DNA of 63,596 bases, filler included, from Octopus bimaculoides (GCF_001194135.2; 7 parts of 6 records of this genome joined end to end with filler, not necessarily neighbours in it); one strand, 5' to 3'. Counted from the first letter of the whole stretch, positions 1-13,671 are shown. Numbers and translations are program-made. Notes: generated from the letters alone by a model not told the origin.

Positions 1-1121
1 TATATATATATATATGATTTTGCCTATGTATAAACATTGATTATACCTATGGATATACTTTAGACTATTTCTATAGTTAGATTATAATTTTGTCTACATG
101 TATGCTAATACTATAAATTATGATGAGCTGAGAAAGGGAATTTACCTGGTCACACGTCCTTCCACAAATAGTCGCCAAATTCCCATCCAATCACACCTTA
201 TTCTCTTAAAAAAGAGACTGTGTATTGGGTATTGGTATCCCGAAGACATTTTGCTGGAGAAGAAGACATAATCACCACAGCTGGAATGCTTTTAATTATA
301 GGTTTAATCAACACCGCCAACACGAAATTAAGTCAAAATTCTGCCTGTCTTAATAAAAGTAACGTGCACTAAGTTAATTACAGCACGTATTTAATTAATA
401 ATCACCATTAATATTTCAATTCCTTAGTATAAATAAGTTAATTCGAATGATATTTAATCCTCAGCTTTGCAAGTGTTTGGTAAAGGCATTAATTCAAGTG
501 ACTGCATTCCGTTACGATTTTCTCGTATCTTCAAGCTAAGTAAGTTGTAGTGATAAACACAAGATAATTTGAGCGATTATTTTGAAAGCAAAAATAAAGT
601 AATGATTGCTCTTCTCCTCAGGATTAGTAGAATGAGTAAAACGAGCTAATCCGAGTGTCATTTAATCATTAACTTAACAATTTCTCAAAGAACAAACCCT
701 TGAGTTAATAATATAATATTGATGTTAAACGAATTAACCCAAGTGTCGTATAAACCGTAACACTTAAAAACCCCTTAATCTCCAAGCCAACACTTATGTT
801 AAATGAGTTAATCCGAGTATCTTTAAATCATTGGGTTTTTCTTTTACGACCCCAGCCCCAGCCCCAGCATCAGCCTCTCATAAAGCTAGTGCATTCGAGC
901 AGGCTGAATTTAATCCAAGAGTCATTTATATTTTAATTGGCATCTCTTCGAAATCCTACAAACTTCTTTGGGTATCAAAATTTCTTACATAATTTAATAA
1001 TGTTGACAAACAAGTGACACATAGAATGGAGTTGGTCGTTGAGTGGGGACGTGTGGCGTGTAAGTATCAGTGACCAAATTTACAATATTTAGGGCATGGC
1101 AGTTGTAGATATAGGAATACA

Positions 1122-1161
<40 letters not shown>

Positions 1162-1164
1162 GTT

Positions 1165-1271
1165 TCAAAGTTTTCCACAAGGGCAGCAATTTTGGGGGAG
1201 GGGATGAGTTAATTACATCAACCCCAGTGTTCAATTGGTACTTATTTTATCGACCCCGAAAGGATGACAAG
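1165..1271 (-). mobile_element. SINE family B, 3' part (runs into gap)
   Basis: ggtacttattttatcgaccccgaaaggatga. Confidence 0.75.
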
Positions 1272-1915
1272 NNNNNNNNNNNNNNNNNNNNNNNNNNNNN
1301 NNNNNNNNNNNNNNNNNNNNNNNNNNNNNNNNNNNNNNNNNNNNNNNNNNNNNNNNNNNNNNNNNNNNNNNNNNNNNNNNNNNNNNNNNNNNNNNNNNNN
1401 NNNNNNNNNNNNNNNNNNNNNNNNNNNNNNNNNNNNNNNNNNNNNNNNNNNNNNNNNNNNNNNNNNNNNNNNNNNNNNNNNNNNNNNNNNNNNNNNNNNN
1501 NNNNNNNNNNNNNNNNNNNNNNNNNNNNNNNNNNNNNNNNNNNNNNNNNNNNNNNNNNNNNNNNNNNNNNNNNNNNNNNNNNNNNNNNNNNNNNNNNNNN
1601 NNNNNNNNNNNNNNNNNNNNNNNNNNNNNNNNNNNNNNNNNNNNNNNNNNNNNNNNNNNNNNNNNNNNNNNNNNNNNNNNNNNNNNNNNNNNNNNNNNNN
1701 NNNNNNNNNNNNNNNNNNNNNNNNNNNNNNNNNNNNNNNNNNNNNNNNNNNNNNNNNNNNNNNNNNNNNNNNNNNNNNNNNNNNNNNNNNNNNNNNNNNN
1801 NNNNNNNNNNNNNNNNNNNNNNNNNNNNNNNNNNNNNNNNNNNNNNNNNNNNNNNNNNNNNNNNNNNNNNNNNNNNNNNNNNNNNNNNNNNNNNNNNNNN
1901 NNNNNNNNNNNNNNN

Positions 1916-2230
1916 GGTTACGACGAAGAGGGTCCCAGCTGATACGATCAACGGAACAGCTTGCTCGTGAAATTAACGTGCAAGTGACTGAGCAATCCAC
2001 AGACACGTGTACCCCTAACGTAGTTCTCAAGGAGACTCAGCGTGACACACAGCGTGACAAGGCCGGCCCTTTGAAATACAGGTACTACTCATTTTTGCCA
2101 GCTGAGTGGACTGGAGCAACGTGAAATAAAGTGTCTTGCTCAAGGACACAACGCGTCGCAGGGAATCGAACTCACGACCTTATTATCGTGAACCAAATGC
2201 CCTAACCACTAAACCACGTGCCTTCACTTA
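1916..2230 (-). mobile_element. tRNA-derived SINE family C (Ceph-SINE-like)
   Basis: Minus strand: head tggtttagtggttagggc...gagttcgattcc, gtgtccttgagcaag core, and tail gttccgttgatcg...tcgtcgtaacc. Confidence 0.85.
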
Positions 2231-2934
2231 GAACATATAGAGACCCAGAAGAAAAGCCGCTAGGCATTTTATCCGATTCACTAACGATTCTGCCAGCTTT
2301 AAAGCTTGTCACTAATTTTGACTTCATGTTGACTTCGCAAACCAGCTTGACCGATACTAGCTCTATTAAAAAACATACGTCATCAATAACCACATGTTCA
2401 AATTTTTAATTCTTTTATTCTTCTGAATCTATTGATAGAATAATGATAGTTATGGCTTTCTACTCCTCTGCCTGTTTGCGTGTCTGCCTGTCTGTTTCTC
2501 CCTTTCGTCCCCTATCATCTCTTCTCTCTTCACCTATGACTGTTTTAGACCCAATTCCTAGCAACTGGTATATATGACCATTTAATATGCCACCAGACAG
2601 AAATCTTGCTAGCACAAGACCCACAATTAATAAATAACATCCGCCCACATCTGCATATATAAACAAATACATGTTTAAAAATGGCGTTATAAAAATCAAA
2701 CAGAAACACACTTTATGCAACTGCACTAAACTGAGTAACTTACTATGATGCTAAAAGCCCATCCAATGCTGTGAAATGTTATCATTTAATAATATAAATA
2801 AAGTCAGTAATCTGGAATAAAAAGGGGAAAAAAACAGGACATTGTTTCCAGCCCCCTAGGAACTTCATTTGATGGGATTTACTATGAGAGTATTCACTTA
2901 GCGATAAGGAATTACATAATACATAAATATTCAG

Positions 2935-4540
2935 GAAATGCTTAGTAAAGAAAATGTGTACTGGTCGTCGCCCGAATAAAATGGGATTGAGTTCTCCAGA
3001 CGTTGAAGAGAGGAGGTATGTCAGGACTTTGAAAAGACTTTGACAAACTAACAACCGATTGATTGTTTAACGATCGATTAGACAGTTGATTAGATATTGA
3101 ACCAGTGCGCGTGTTATTATTATTGGGAGACAGACTGAAGGCAGACCTTGAAGAGAGGGGACATATAATTGATGACATCGTGAATAGCAAAGAAAAAAAC
3201 TTTGAAAGAAACGACTGATCGTTTGCTTAAACAACACAGTAAACAAACGATCGATTAGTTGGTTGGTTAGACATTTAACCAATTGTCTAACAATAAAGAA
3301 ATGATATTGAACCAGTGCGCGTGTATTTTTTTAATATTGGCGAAATGACCCTCCCAAGATAACAAAATATGTTTCGAGACAATCCTAAAAGATTTTGTAG
3401 GAAAATTGCAAAAGCTAATATACCTATTAAAGCCGCACATACCGAGGAGGGAGTAATTCTCCCAGGATTCATCAGCGAGTCAGAGACTCTGAAGATCCTA
3501 TAGAGCAAATATGGAAAGATATCTTCGATGAAGGTCTTGGGACTGCACTGAGAAGATACAGCAAAAGGAAATAACCTGGGAAGGATAAACTCCCTAACTT
3601 CTGACTGAATGCTTTCCCTAAATCTCATGGGAGAATGACCCACCTCTATAACAGCATTATGCATGACTCCTGGAAAATCCTTCCCAGTCTGCTAAATAGA
3701 GTAACTCACTCCCCCAAAATGACGAAACCAATAATCCTCAAAACTACTGACTGTGTAAAATAATTAATACCCATCGTTACTGAATATGCATATAACTTCC
3801 TGATAGATAACAAAATATTCCTGACGAACAAAAAGGTTGTAAACATAGCTTGTATGAGAGTAAAGACAAGCTTTTAATCAATAAAACGATTCTAGAGGAC
3901 TGGCGTAAAAGCTTACAAAGATCTTTTCATTGCATGTGTTGATTAAAAAATACAAAAAAAGGCTTTGATAGCTTGATGAATATGCTAAGCCACATTATTG
4001 ATGGAAAACTTTCGGAAGCGTACAATATACAGATAGAGAAGACTACTGTAATCAAGTAATTAGATCTCGAAGAAAACTATAAATATTTAGAGCTATACGA
4101 AGTGGGTGGTATCCAGCGCCCACAAACAAACGCACGAGAAAATGCAGAAAGAATGCTATCATAGCGTTAGCGCAATGCCAAAGTGCAAACTTAATGCGAG
4201 AAAGAAGATTGATGCTATCACTTGGCTATGCCAGTTGTAATCTACAGCTTTAATATCATAAAATGGTCCATCAATGAGATGAATAAAATTGACACAAAAA
4301 TACGCAAGTTTCTCACGATGCAGACTATACATCCCACAAAAGGATGAAGGACGTCGACTGATGCTGTTGCAACTGTCTTTAAAGACAGTAATCATTGGAT
4401 TAGACATCTCTCTAAAGAATACTAATGACTGGATCCTTCAAGTTGTCGGCAAGCATGTAAGTACCAAGGAATTATATTCAATATCAGAAGAAGCAAAGAA
4501 ATGTGTAAAGAAATTGAAGATCACTGAGACTAGATGAAAC
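2935..4540 (+). mobile_element. Decayed R4/Dong-type (RLE) non-LTR retrotransposon, RT region
   Basis: Frameshifted remnants MFRDNPKRFCRKI, YKKxFDS (tacaaaaaaaggctttgatagc ~3951-3972), LEENYKYL and RLYIPQKDEGRRL...KTVIIGL. These are typical of R4/Dong RT. Confidence 0.7.
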
Positions 4541-4622
4541 AACTCACAGTGGAAGCAAAACAAAAGCACAACTCAAATCACATGCAACCACACACACACA
4601 CACACACACACGCACACGACCT

Positions 4623-4820
4623 AAGGCAGCGAGCTGGTAAAATCGTTATTACGCTGGGCGAAATGCTTAGCGACATTTCGTCTGTCCTTACGTTTTGAGT
4701 TCAAATTCCACTGAGGCCGACTTTGCCTTTCATCCTTTCGAAGTCGATAAAATAAGTACCAGCTGAACACCTTAACCCCTTCACCGAAACCACCGACCTT
4801 GTGCCAAAATTTGAAACCAG
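4623..4820 (+). mobile_element. tRNA-derived SINE family B (AAGGCGGCGAGCTGG head, Nin-like gactttgcctttcatcctttcg core)
   Basis: Split A/B boxes, conserved core and aaaatttgaaacca tail. About 15 copies in the window. Confidence 0.85.
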
Positions 4821-5749
4821 TATATATAAATATTACTCGAAGATATTCCAGCTTTGATTTTCATATCTTATTTACCATCTTATAATAATATAATATAAGA
4901 TAATGTAATATAATGAAATGATAGAATATTAAATGTCCATTCTGATTGAACTAGTACTTTCATGCATTAAACTATACAATCTTCAGGTTCATATAGTTGT
5001 GGTGACAGTTATGTTTTACAATTTACAACTGTAGTGAGATGGCTAAAATGTGTGCCTTAAATACATTTGTATAGGTTCCAGAATGTTAAGTTTTACAAAC
5101 TGTATTATGAACAACCAGTGTGTGGCTTTACTAAATTATTTAAGTTGATTGGTGTTTGGTTTAGGCGTCACGGTTTTTTGAATATTGAATATGTCAAGAG
5201 ACCTGTATTTTGGCCCAGGCCAAAGCACTAAGTGTCTGGCAACATTTCCCAGGGATTTTTACATTTCATTTATCATCGTCACCATTATCATTACCTATGA
5301 CCGCTACCGAATTAATCACCCACTTTGGATGCAGGAAAGTGATACAGTCAAAAGTACCCATGAACATCCTTTGTTCTGAACAAAACAAGAACCATCCCAC
5401 GTCATATGGACAGGCTAGTGTCTGGTGATACTAGACTTCCGGTGTCATTTTCACTAATGGTCTTTCGCCTGAGTGTCTTTTGAATTCTTGCACTAATTTT
5501 GTTCCGAAATACTTGTGTGTAGATAGTCTTTGTGAGAAGAATTGTGAATCTAAATTTAGACATGTATGTATGTATGTATATGTGCGCGGGCGGATGTGTG
5601 TGTGAGAGAGAAAGAGATGCGCTCCTCGTCACACATTTTGCTTACCTTCTATTTGCAATCATATCGCCTTTTATAGCCACACGTGAAAATTTTTGGATTG
5701 GCCATACTAAAAAGCAATAAAGGCCTTCTGGGGATTTAGGCTTCCATGC

Positions 5750-7060
5750 TATGCTAATTTTTTGATGTGGTCTTCACCTGTATCCTTTTATTTTCCTACC
5801 TTCTGCTTTTCTACTTACCACTTTCTTATACAGCAAGATTTTTCGTCTTCATCGAATTTATAGACGTTCATCTCTGGTCTGTGGAAGATGTGGAATTCCA
5901 CGATCATGAATTTCACGTCATCTTGCGAAATAGGTCCTCTTCGGGTGTTGTACTTTAACATTTGCTTTCTCATCAACCTTCATCTTCTTATATCGTCCTT
6001 TGCTCCACAACAGTCCCTCGTTGCGCTCCAGTTTTTTCTTCGCTTGTCATCATCGCAAACGAATAGGGTGGTGGTATCAATGGGAAGAAGTATCATTCGC
6101 TTATATCGATTATAGTAGTCTTGTCTAGCTGTATATTTATATCAAATAGTATGAAGCTCCGAATGACAACTCTAATATTGTGAATTCAGAGGCAGGTACC
6201 GTGAAAGTTGGGAACATTGATATAAACAGCAGCATTTTTCAAGGTGATTTTAGATCACCAAGTCTCTTTTGCATGGATCTCATTCCCCTAAGGAAGTAGA
6301 TTCACCTTCAGAACTTCAGCTGTAGTGCTATAAGAACAGCAAACTCCAGAATCTATTCTTGTTACTGTTTTTCTGCTTATCACAACCCTCTGGGTTTTCC
6401 TTGCCTTTCCAGCCCTCCAGGACTTTTGCTTATGCGAAAATCTTTTGCACAAAAGCTGTGAGCGCATATGGGCAGAAATTAGCCTTTCTGCCCTGCACCA
6501 CCAGTTCAATTGCTCATGTTTCTCGCCCTCCGAATAGCTCTGTACACTTTCGCGGTCATAACTTGTAAATTTATGCTAATCCCTGTTATAACCACAGATC
6601 ATTCTTTTCCATCTGTATACTTGCCGTCCAATCACATTGTACTATGGGCTGTGACAACGAGCCAGAAATCAATGTCGTTGCGTTGCTAATGCTCCTGACT
6701 GTCAGCCCTGTGTTGCGAAGATCTAGGAACTAAGCTAGAAATCTATGGTAGGTTGTGTCGCTCATCACCTCCGCATACCGCACTGCCAACCTCGTACTCA
6801 CGAAAACAGGTACTGCATAAGGTTTGCCTCGTTCGAGAGCAGGAAACTCTGACGTCATCCTGAGCCTCTTGTAAGTCGTCCTTAGAGGACATATTAAAGC
6901 AGTCCTCACTTTGTGGGCTAAGGGTATCGCAACTTTTTCTTTGCTCGGTCTTAGACAAATTCCTCGGGCAACTGGAACACTCACCTGCCACATTTGTCTC
7001 TCTGACTGTATCTCCTCTATTTCTATGGATTTCATTAATGCATGCAACACTTGCAAAGCT
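5750..7060 (-). mobile_element. Heavily decayed LINE-like relic (possible APE endonuclease region)
   Basis: GC-richer block with broken minus-strand ORFs. Only faint motifs (CCSYSTT, LGDL) are visible. Confidence 0.3.
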
Positions 7061-7964
7061 GTGTGTTGCTGTTGTTGTTATTCACAACTCGTCAAAATGG
7101 ATCACAATCGTATTAAGAGTTCTTAACAGAAACTATGTTTTTAAATTTTAAAACGTTAGTACTTTGTTTTATAATATTTTGTTAATTTTCTTTTTGTACC
7201 TGTTTCTTGCTTTTGTGTGTTTTCTGTGCAGCTGTCAAGGTTCTTTCTTTTTTTTTTTTTATTTTTCATGGGGAATTAGTAAGTTTTTACCGACATTTTG
7301 TGTTGAATGTCAACCAAAACAAAAGAGAAGGAAAAAAAAAATGGTGGTGGATCGGAAAAATTGCTTTTGGCCTAATTTGGACAAGAAATTNNNNNNNNNN
7401 NNNNNNNNNNNNNNNNNNNNNNNNNNNNNNNNNNNNNNNNNNNNNNNNNNNNNNNNNNNNNNNNNNNNNNNNNNNNNNNNNNNNNNNNNNNNNNNNNNNN
7501 NNNNNNNNNNNNNNNNNNNNNNNNNNNNNNNNNNNNNNNNNNNNNNNNNNNNNNNNNNNNNNNNNNNNNNNNNNNNNNNNNNNNNNNNNNNNNNNNNNNN
7601 NNNNNNNNNNNNNNNNNNNNNNNNNNNNNNNNNNNNNNNNNNNNNNNNNNNNNNNNNNNNNNNNNNNNNNNNNNNNNNNNNNNNNNNNNNNNNNNNNNNN
7701 NNNNNNNNNNNNNNNNNNNNNNNNNNNNNNNNNNNNNNNNNTGAAAAGGCCAAAGTGATACCGGCAAGATTTGAACTCGGAACGTATGGGGTCCAAATTA
7801 AATATTGCAATGTCCGATTCTCTAACAATTCTGCCAACCCATTTAACCTCTTAGATGGCCACACATTGGGTGGAGTAGGAGAGTTTAGCCGAATATATTC
7901 ATTGTAGTATTTTCGTAGTGCTTTTTTTTTTTTTATAAAATCCTGGATGGATGAAAGGCAAAAC

Positions 7965-8275
7965 AGGCACTCCGTCGGTTACGACGACGAGTGTTCCAGT
8001 TGATCCGATCAATAGAACAGCCTGCTCGTGAAATTAACGTACAAGTGGCTGAGCGCTCCACAAACAAGCGTACCTTTAACGTAGTTCTCAGGGAGATGCA
8101 GTATGTTATAGAACGTGGTAAGGCTGACTCAATGAATTATAGATACAACTCATTTTTGGTCAGCTGAGTGGACTGGAGCAATGGGAAATAAAGTGTCTTG
8201 CTCATGAACATAACGCGCCGCGGGAAATCGAACGCACGACCTTTACGATCGTGTGCCAAATGCCCTAACTCTTAA
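7965..8275 (-). mobile_element. SINE family C
   Basis: Homologous to 1916-2230. Confidence 0.85.
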
Positions 8276-9454
8276 GTAAAAAGACTCGTAACTAAATACC
8301 TATTTCTTTACCGCCCACAAGGGGCTTCGTAACTAAATACCGCATGGCATTTGAAACAAACGCAGACAAACATTTTATTCGGAACGGTATAATCGATTAT
8401 AGTAATCCAGTACTTTACTGGTGCTTGTTTTGTCGACACCCTGAAGGGGTAAAAATTAATGTTAATCCCAGCTAGATTTCAACAGAGAACGAAGACGAAC
8501 AATGCGACTACTTTATCTTTACAATAATTTATGTTAATTTATTATAAAAATTATAATCTATTATTTAAAAAAAAAACATTCTAAGAACAAAAAAAAAAAA
8601 AAATCTGAACGAAATCAATCCCCTTATTTTGTCTTGCCTGACTGTCTGAGAAAGAGTATTTATTCAAGTTAATAATTTAGCCATTTATCATTTCGATAAG
8701 CGCCGATAAAATATGTTGAATTAAGAAGAACTGGAGTGGGTGATTAGGTAGATCTTTATCGACTATTTATGTACCCTTCTCAGTAAATTTTGGATCTTCT
8801 CTCTTAGTTAGAAATCAATAATATAAGCAGCGACGATGACGAGGATATTTTCTGAATTTTCCCACCAGGGGGTGAAAATCAGACACAAACGATACACATA
8901 TATTTTCTCATTACAATACGATACCATGCAACAACACCTACAACAACGATATAATTTAGCAATAAAAACAAATTGAAAACTACATCTCCGCTGATGCATG
9001 AAGTGATGTAACATATCTCGTTCCAGGCGAGTGAGTTCTGAACTGTTAACTTCAAGTAACAAAACGACAAGAACAACAAAACGAAAATAAAAACAAGTCA
9101 TTTCATCCTCTATTGCGGACATAACGACAGCCTAATCTCATTTAACAGCACCAAGACACAGTCTCTACATACAGGAAACACAATCCTAGCAGAATATCCT
9201 ATCGTTACTCATGGATGATCAACACACGATTAAATAAAACACGTCTAAACGATCTTGAGAGAAGACGTTTGTATGGGCTCTCAATTTATTAGAAATAGCA
9301 GTCAAAAGTTTCCTCAAATCACTCCCTAACGCGATCGTTCTTCAACTTTTAACTTCAAGGAACAAAAAATAATGCAACAATAGCAACAACAACAATAACA
9401 AACAACAATAGCAACTATTGGAAAATTATTGAAAAATCAGTTTTAAAGTGAGAA

Positions 9455-9580
9455 ATGATTGGAATAACAACATTTCTAATAATACGGTTTTAAATTATGA
9501 TTGGAATAACAACATTTCTAATAATACGGTTTTAAATTATAATTGGAATAACAACATTTCTAATAACACGGTTTTAAATT
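9455..9580. repeat. 42-bp minisatellite, three copies
   Basis: atgattggaataacaacatttctaataatacggttttaaatt at 9455, 9497 and 9539. Confidence 0.95.
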
Positions 9581-9659
9581 ACTTAAGCTTTTACATGAAT
9601 TTTTCGATGCCTTAAAGTATATATTTTAAAATCTGTGACACAAATAGAAACCTCAATGC

Positions 9660-10940
9660 AGCACACCTTTTGAGACCGACTGTATCCTTTTCTTTCATAT
9701 ATGTGGAAGATGTCGACATCTTTGAAGTCCTGGGTGGATCTCTTCGTTCTACAACGACTAGAAGAGGTCAGTCAGCTCTACAAAAGTGAATATCCAAGTC
9801 GCTTAGCACATTTCAGTAAAAGTGGGTCAGAAGTTGCTTTGTCATTGGATATGCAAGTGAGTGTCTCTATGTCTTCTAGACATCTGCTTGAAAAGTCAAG
9901 CTTGTAGTTCATTTCTATCTGTGGTAGATGGGTAAAAGTATCATCAATGTTTGCAGACGACTTGTTGAACCCATTATTAATGTGTTTTTCCTAATTTCCC
10001 TCTGTCTGCCGTATCACAGTAAGTAATATTTGGTCGTCAGTGCTGAGAAGGTCAATAAGCCAAGGGCTATGGACCATAGACAGCCTTCAGCCGCAGGTTT
10101 ACTTGAAGGGCCACCTGTCCGCATGATTTTGAATCTCATATACCTTTGCGCCGAGACAGGAGTCTTGCCTCTCTCAGAAACTTGCACCTCTCGGAGTCTT
10201 GCTTGCACTGTATGGCAGATCAGAGTGAAGACTACCTTCTTACTTGCTCGACGGATTATCCTGATGGAATTGAGAGACACTGATTTGATTTGATTTCTTC
10301 GTCATTTTCGTCGAAGCAGTCTTCTTGCTTGCAATTGGTTGAGCCGACGTGCGCTCAGGTAGTTTGGTGAACAATGTCTTTGAAGAAGGGTCACTGTCTC
10401 TCATTGCATCCTTGTGTTCATGTGGTCTGAATCACTATACTACCCAGGTTTAGTAAGGAAGTCGACGAGATTGTCTGGTATTTGGACTTCGTATTTGAAG
10501 TTAACGAAATTGCCCTTATTTGAAGTCGGTGTCGTCGAGTCTTTAGACAGACCACTATCCCTGGTGGTCTTCCTTGGCCTGGATGCGCACGTTCATTTTC
10601 AACGCGTTCAGTTGATGATCAGTCAGGTGTTGGCACTGCTAATAGTCTTCTTAGTCCTTACATTTCACCGACACACTGACTTGACGATGGGTACCAGTAC
10701 CTGAAGAGGTGGTGCACCTACAACGACTTGTTATGGGTGAAACAGTCTATGCTGGTACACGTCACGAGAAGTAGGGGTTTATTACCGTTGCAGCTTCCAA
10801 TGCCATACATGCCGTTGACTCTTTCCCCAGATTTCGTGTTCGACTCCGACTCCGTCAACGTCAGACGTGGAGCCGACCATGGAGGACAATTTTTCCCAAA
10901 TTGTCTCAAGTCCTTTACTCAAAAGTTTTACGTCATTTAA
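9660..10940 (-). mobile_element. Decayed RTE-clade LINE (endonuclease C-half to start of RT)
   Basis: Minus-strand remnants GMYGIGSCNGNKPLLLVTC, TDHQLNALKMNVRIQ, LKAVYGP, LPQIEMNYKLD and QDFKDVDIFHIYERKG match RTE/BovB-type ORF motifs. Many stops and frameshifts. Confidence 0.8.
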
Positions 10941-11149
10941 AATTATCATATTCACGGCACAGGCACTTATAAGATGTCTACTATTCTTATTCTCAGTTAA
11001 GAGCTTAAAAGACTTCACTCTGTAAGTTCAGACTAATTACTTTAATCATAAACATAACATGTTCTTTGTCTGCTCTCTGTTATATATGTGTATACATTTA
11101 TATGTATATACATACAACCGCACATAAAAATATATAACATAAACACACA

Positions 11150-11185
<36 letters not shown>

Positions 11186-11195
11186 NNNNNNNNNN

Positions 11196-11238
<43 letters not shown>

Positions 11239-11689
11239 ATAGAAAGTTATTGTTCATCCGCAAAAACGGCCAATATTGAAGAGACACTATTCGGAATGTA
11301 GCGAATGAAATTTGTAAATATTGAATTTTAAAGTCTCAAATTTGGTGCATAGTTGTCAAATGATTACATTGGTCGCTGTAGACGTATACAATTTAAAAAA
11401 AACACTTGAAAGAGGGAAGACGATGTCAACGTGGTTTAGATTTGAACTGACGAGGAATACACAAATATATATATATATATTCTGCAGGACATTTTGTCCG
11501 AAGGCTAAAATGACTCTGACAATCGTCTAAACTTGCAATCTCGTATAATCGTCCTATCTTTAAACTTCAGATATAACATATTTGCTTTTAGTTACACAGG
11601 CATAGGTACAAATAGACTAATCGTGAAACTATACATATATAAATATAACACACACACACACACACACACAAATATATATGTAATGCACG

Positions 11690-11835
11690 ATGAGCTTCTT
11701 TCAGTTTCCATCTACCAAATCCACTAAGAAGACTTTGGTCGGCACGAGGCTATAGCAGAACACACTTGCCCAAGGTGCCATGTAGTGAGACTGAACACGG
11801 AACCATGTGGTTGGGAAGCAAGCTTTTTACCGCAC
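11690..11835 (-). mobile_element. SINE family A, 5' half
   Basis: Reverse complement of the family A head and core. Confidence 0.85.
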
Positions 11836-11933
11836 AGACGTGTGTGTATCTATCTATCTATCTATCTAGGTATCTATATAAACATGAAGTCTTCAGTGAC
11901 ATGCCAGTGATAAATAATTAACAACAATATCTA

Positions 11934-11979
<46 letters not shown>

Positions 11980-12099
11980 TCGATAATATATATATATATA
12001 TATATACATACATGAATGTGTACATAAATATATTTGTGCGTGTATGTATATATTTCTATATATATACATATATCTTATACATAGAAATACGCACACCTT

Positions 12100-12155
<56 letters not shown>

Positions 12156-12614
12156 GTCTCTCTCTCTCCNNNNNNNNNNNNNNNNNNNNNNNNNNNNNNN
12201 NNNNNNNNNNNNNNNNNNNNNNNNNNNNNNNNNNNNNNNNNNNNNNNNNNNNNNNNNNNNNNNNNNNNNNNNNNNNNNNNNNNNNNNNNNNNNNNNNNNN
12301 NNNNNNNNNNNNNNNNNNNNNNNNNNNNNNNNNNNNNNNNNNNNNNNNNNNNNNNNNNNNNNNNNNNNNNNNNNNNNNNNNNNNNNNNNNNNNNNNNNNN
12401 NNNNNNNNNNNNNNNNNNNNNNNNNNNNNNNNNNNNNNNNNNNNNNNNNNNNNNNNNNNNNNNNNNNNNNNNNNNNNNNNNNNNNNNNNNNNNNNNNNNN
12501 NNNNNNNNNNNNNNNNNNNNNNNNNNNNNNNNNNNNNNNNNNNNNNNNNNNNNNNNNNNNNNNNNNNNNNNNNNNNNNNNNNNNNATATATTTATATATA
12601 TATATATATATATA

Positions 12615-13000
12615 GGCGCGGGAGTGACTGTGTGGTAAGTAGCTTGCTTAGCAACCACATGGTTCCGGGTTCAGTCCCACTGCGTGGCACCTTGGGCAAG
12701 TGTCTTCTACTATAGCCTGGGGCCGACCAAAGCCTTGTGAGTGAATTTGGTAGACGGAAACTGAAAGAAGCTCGTCGTATATATGTATATGTATATGTAT
12801 ATGTGTGTTTGTCTCCCCAACATCGCTTGACAACCGATGCTGGTGTGTTTACGGCCCCGTAACTTAGCGGTTCGGCAAAAGGGATCGATAAAATAAGTAC
12901 TAGGCTTACAAGGAATAAGCCCTAGGGTCGATTTGCTCGACTAAAGGCGGTGGTCCAGCATGGCCGCAGTCAAATGACTGAAACAAGTAAAAGAGTAAAA
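12615..13000 (+). mobile_element. tRNA-derived SINE family A (GGCGCAGGAGTGGCTGTGTGG head), full length
   Basis: A/B boxes (tgtggtaag...ggttcagtccc), ccttgggcaagtg core, internal (TA/TG)n and gtaaaagagtaaaa tail. About 12 copies in the window. Confidence 0.9.
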
Positions 13001-13233
13001 GTGTATCTGTATGCATACGCCAACAGTCATTCACACATTCATTTGTGCATACATACATACATACATATAGGGCGGCTCTTAAGCTAATATATGGCTTTTA
13101 AGCAACTAACCCCAAATGGGAAGATCTGCAAACAGATCTCTGACTTGTCTTGGAGAATTTGTTGCAATTGCTTCCTCCAGAGTCATATCCCAATAATGAT
13201 TATATTCATTGCTAAATACCATGTGTAAAATAT

Positions 13234-13555
13234 ATCGCCGAAAACAATCGCAGTCATGCAAACATAGGAATCTAAAATTTCAGGATTTTAGGTCCAGATT
13301 CAGGCCGGAATGTTTCTAATTTACTCACGGAGTTAGCCTTTAGATTATAAAAATTGTTATCATACAAAAAAAAAAAATACAAAAACAAAAAACAAAAAAA
13401 AAAAACAAAAACAGAAAAAAAAACATGTCGCAAAAAGTCACTTAAAAAAATCGCCGAAAACAATCACAGTAACGAAAGCTTGAGAATTCAAAATTTCAGG
13501 ATTGTGGGTCCAGATTCAGGCAGGAATGTTTTTAATTTACTCACGGAGTCAGCCT
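13234..13555. repeat. ~105-bp direct repeat pair separated by an A-rich tract
   Basis: 13234-13339 and 13450-13555. Confidence 0.9.
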
Positions 13556-13671
13556 GATTCCAAAATGGGATGAAATGTTGGGCTACGGCCACTTACGTGT
13601 GAAGTTGAAGAAGTGTGACACACCGACACACTGATATTCACATTTATTACATTATATTATTATACTAACTT

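Noticed and set aside
620-930. CRISPR-like repeat-spacer reading of the TAATCC array
   Set aside because: Eukaryotic context, degenerate repeats, irregular 45-70 nt spacers and no cas genes. It is kept only as a regulatory candidate.
1227-2124. Long ORFs in the track containing X runs (also ~7164, 12012, 19354, 38854, 58410)
   Set aside because: They are open only because they cross N gaps.
2549-2660. Long polypyrimidine tract plus AG as a possible upstream PTK7 exon
   Set aside because: No frame gives an Ig-like peptide, and there is no suitable phase-2 donor.
8808-9122. Minus ORF with a signal-peptide-like start (MTCFYFRFVVLVVLLLEVNS)
   Set aside because: The hydrophobic stretch is just a T-rich tract. 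There are no recognisable domains, convincing cleavage motifs or splice support.
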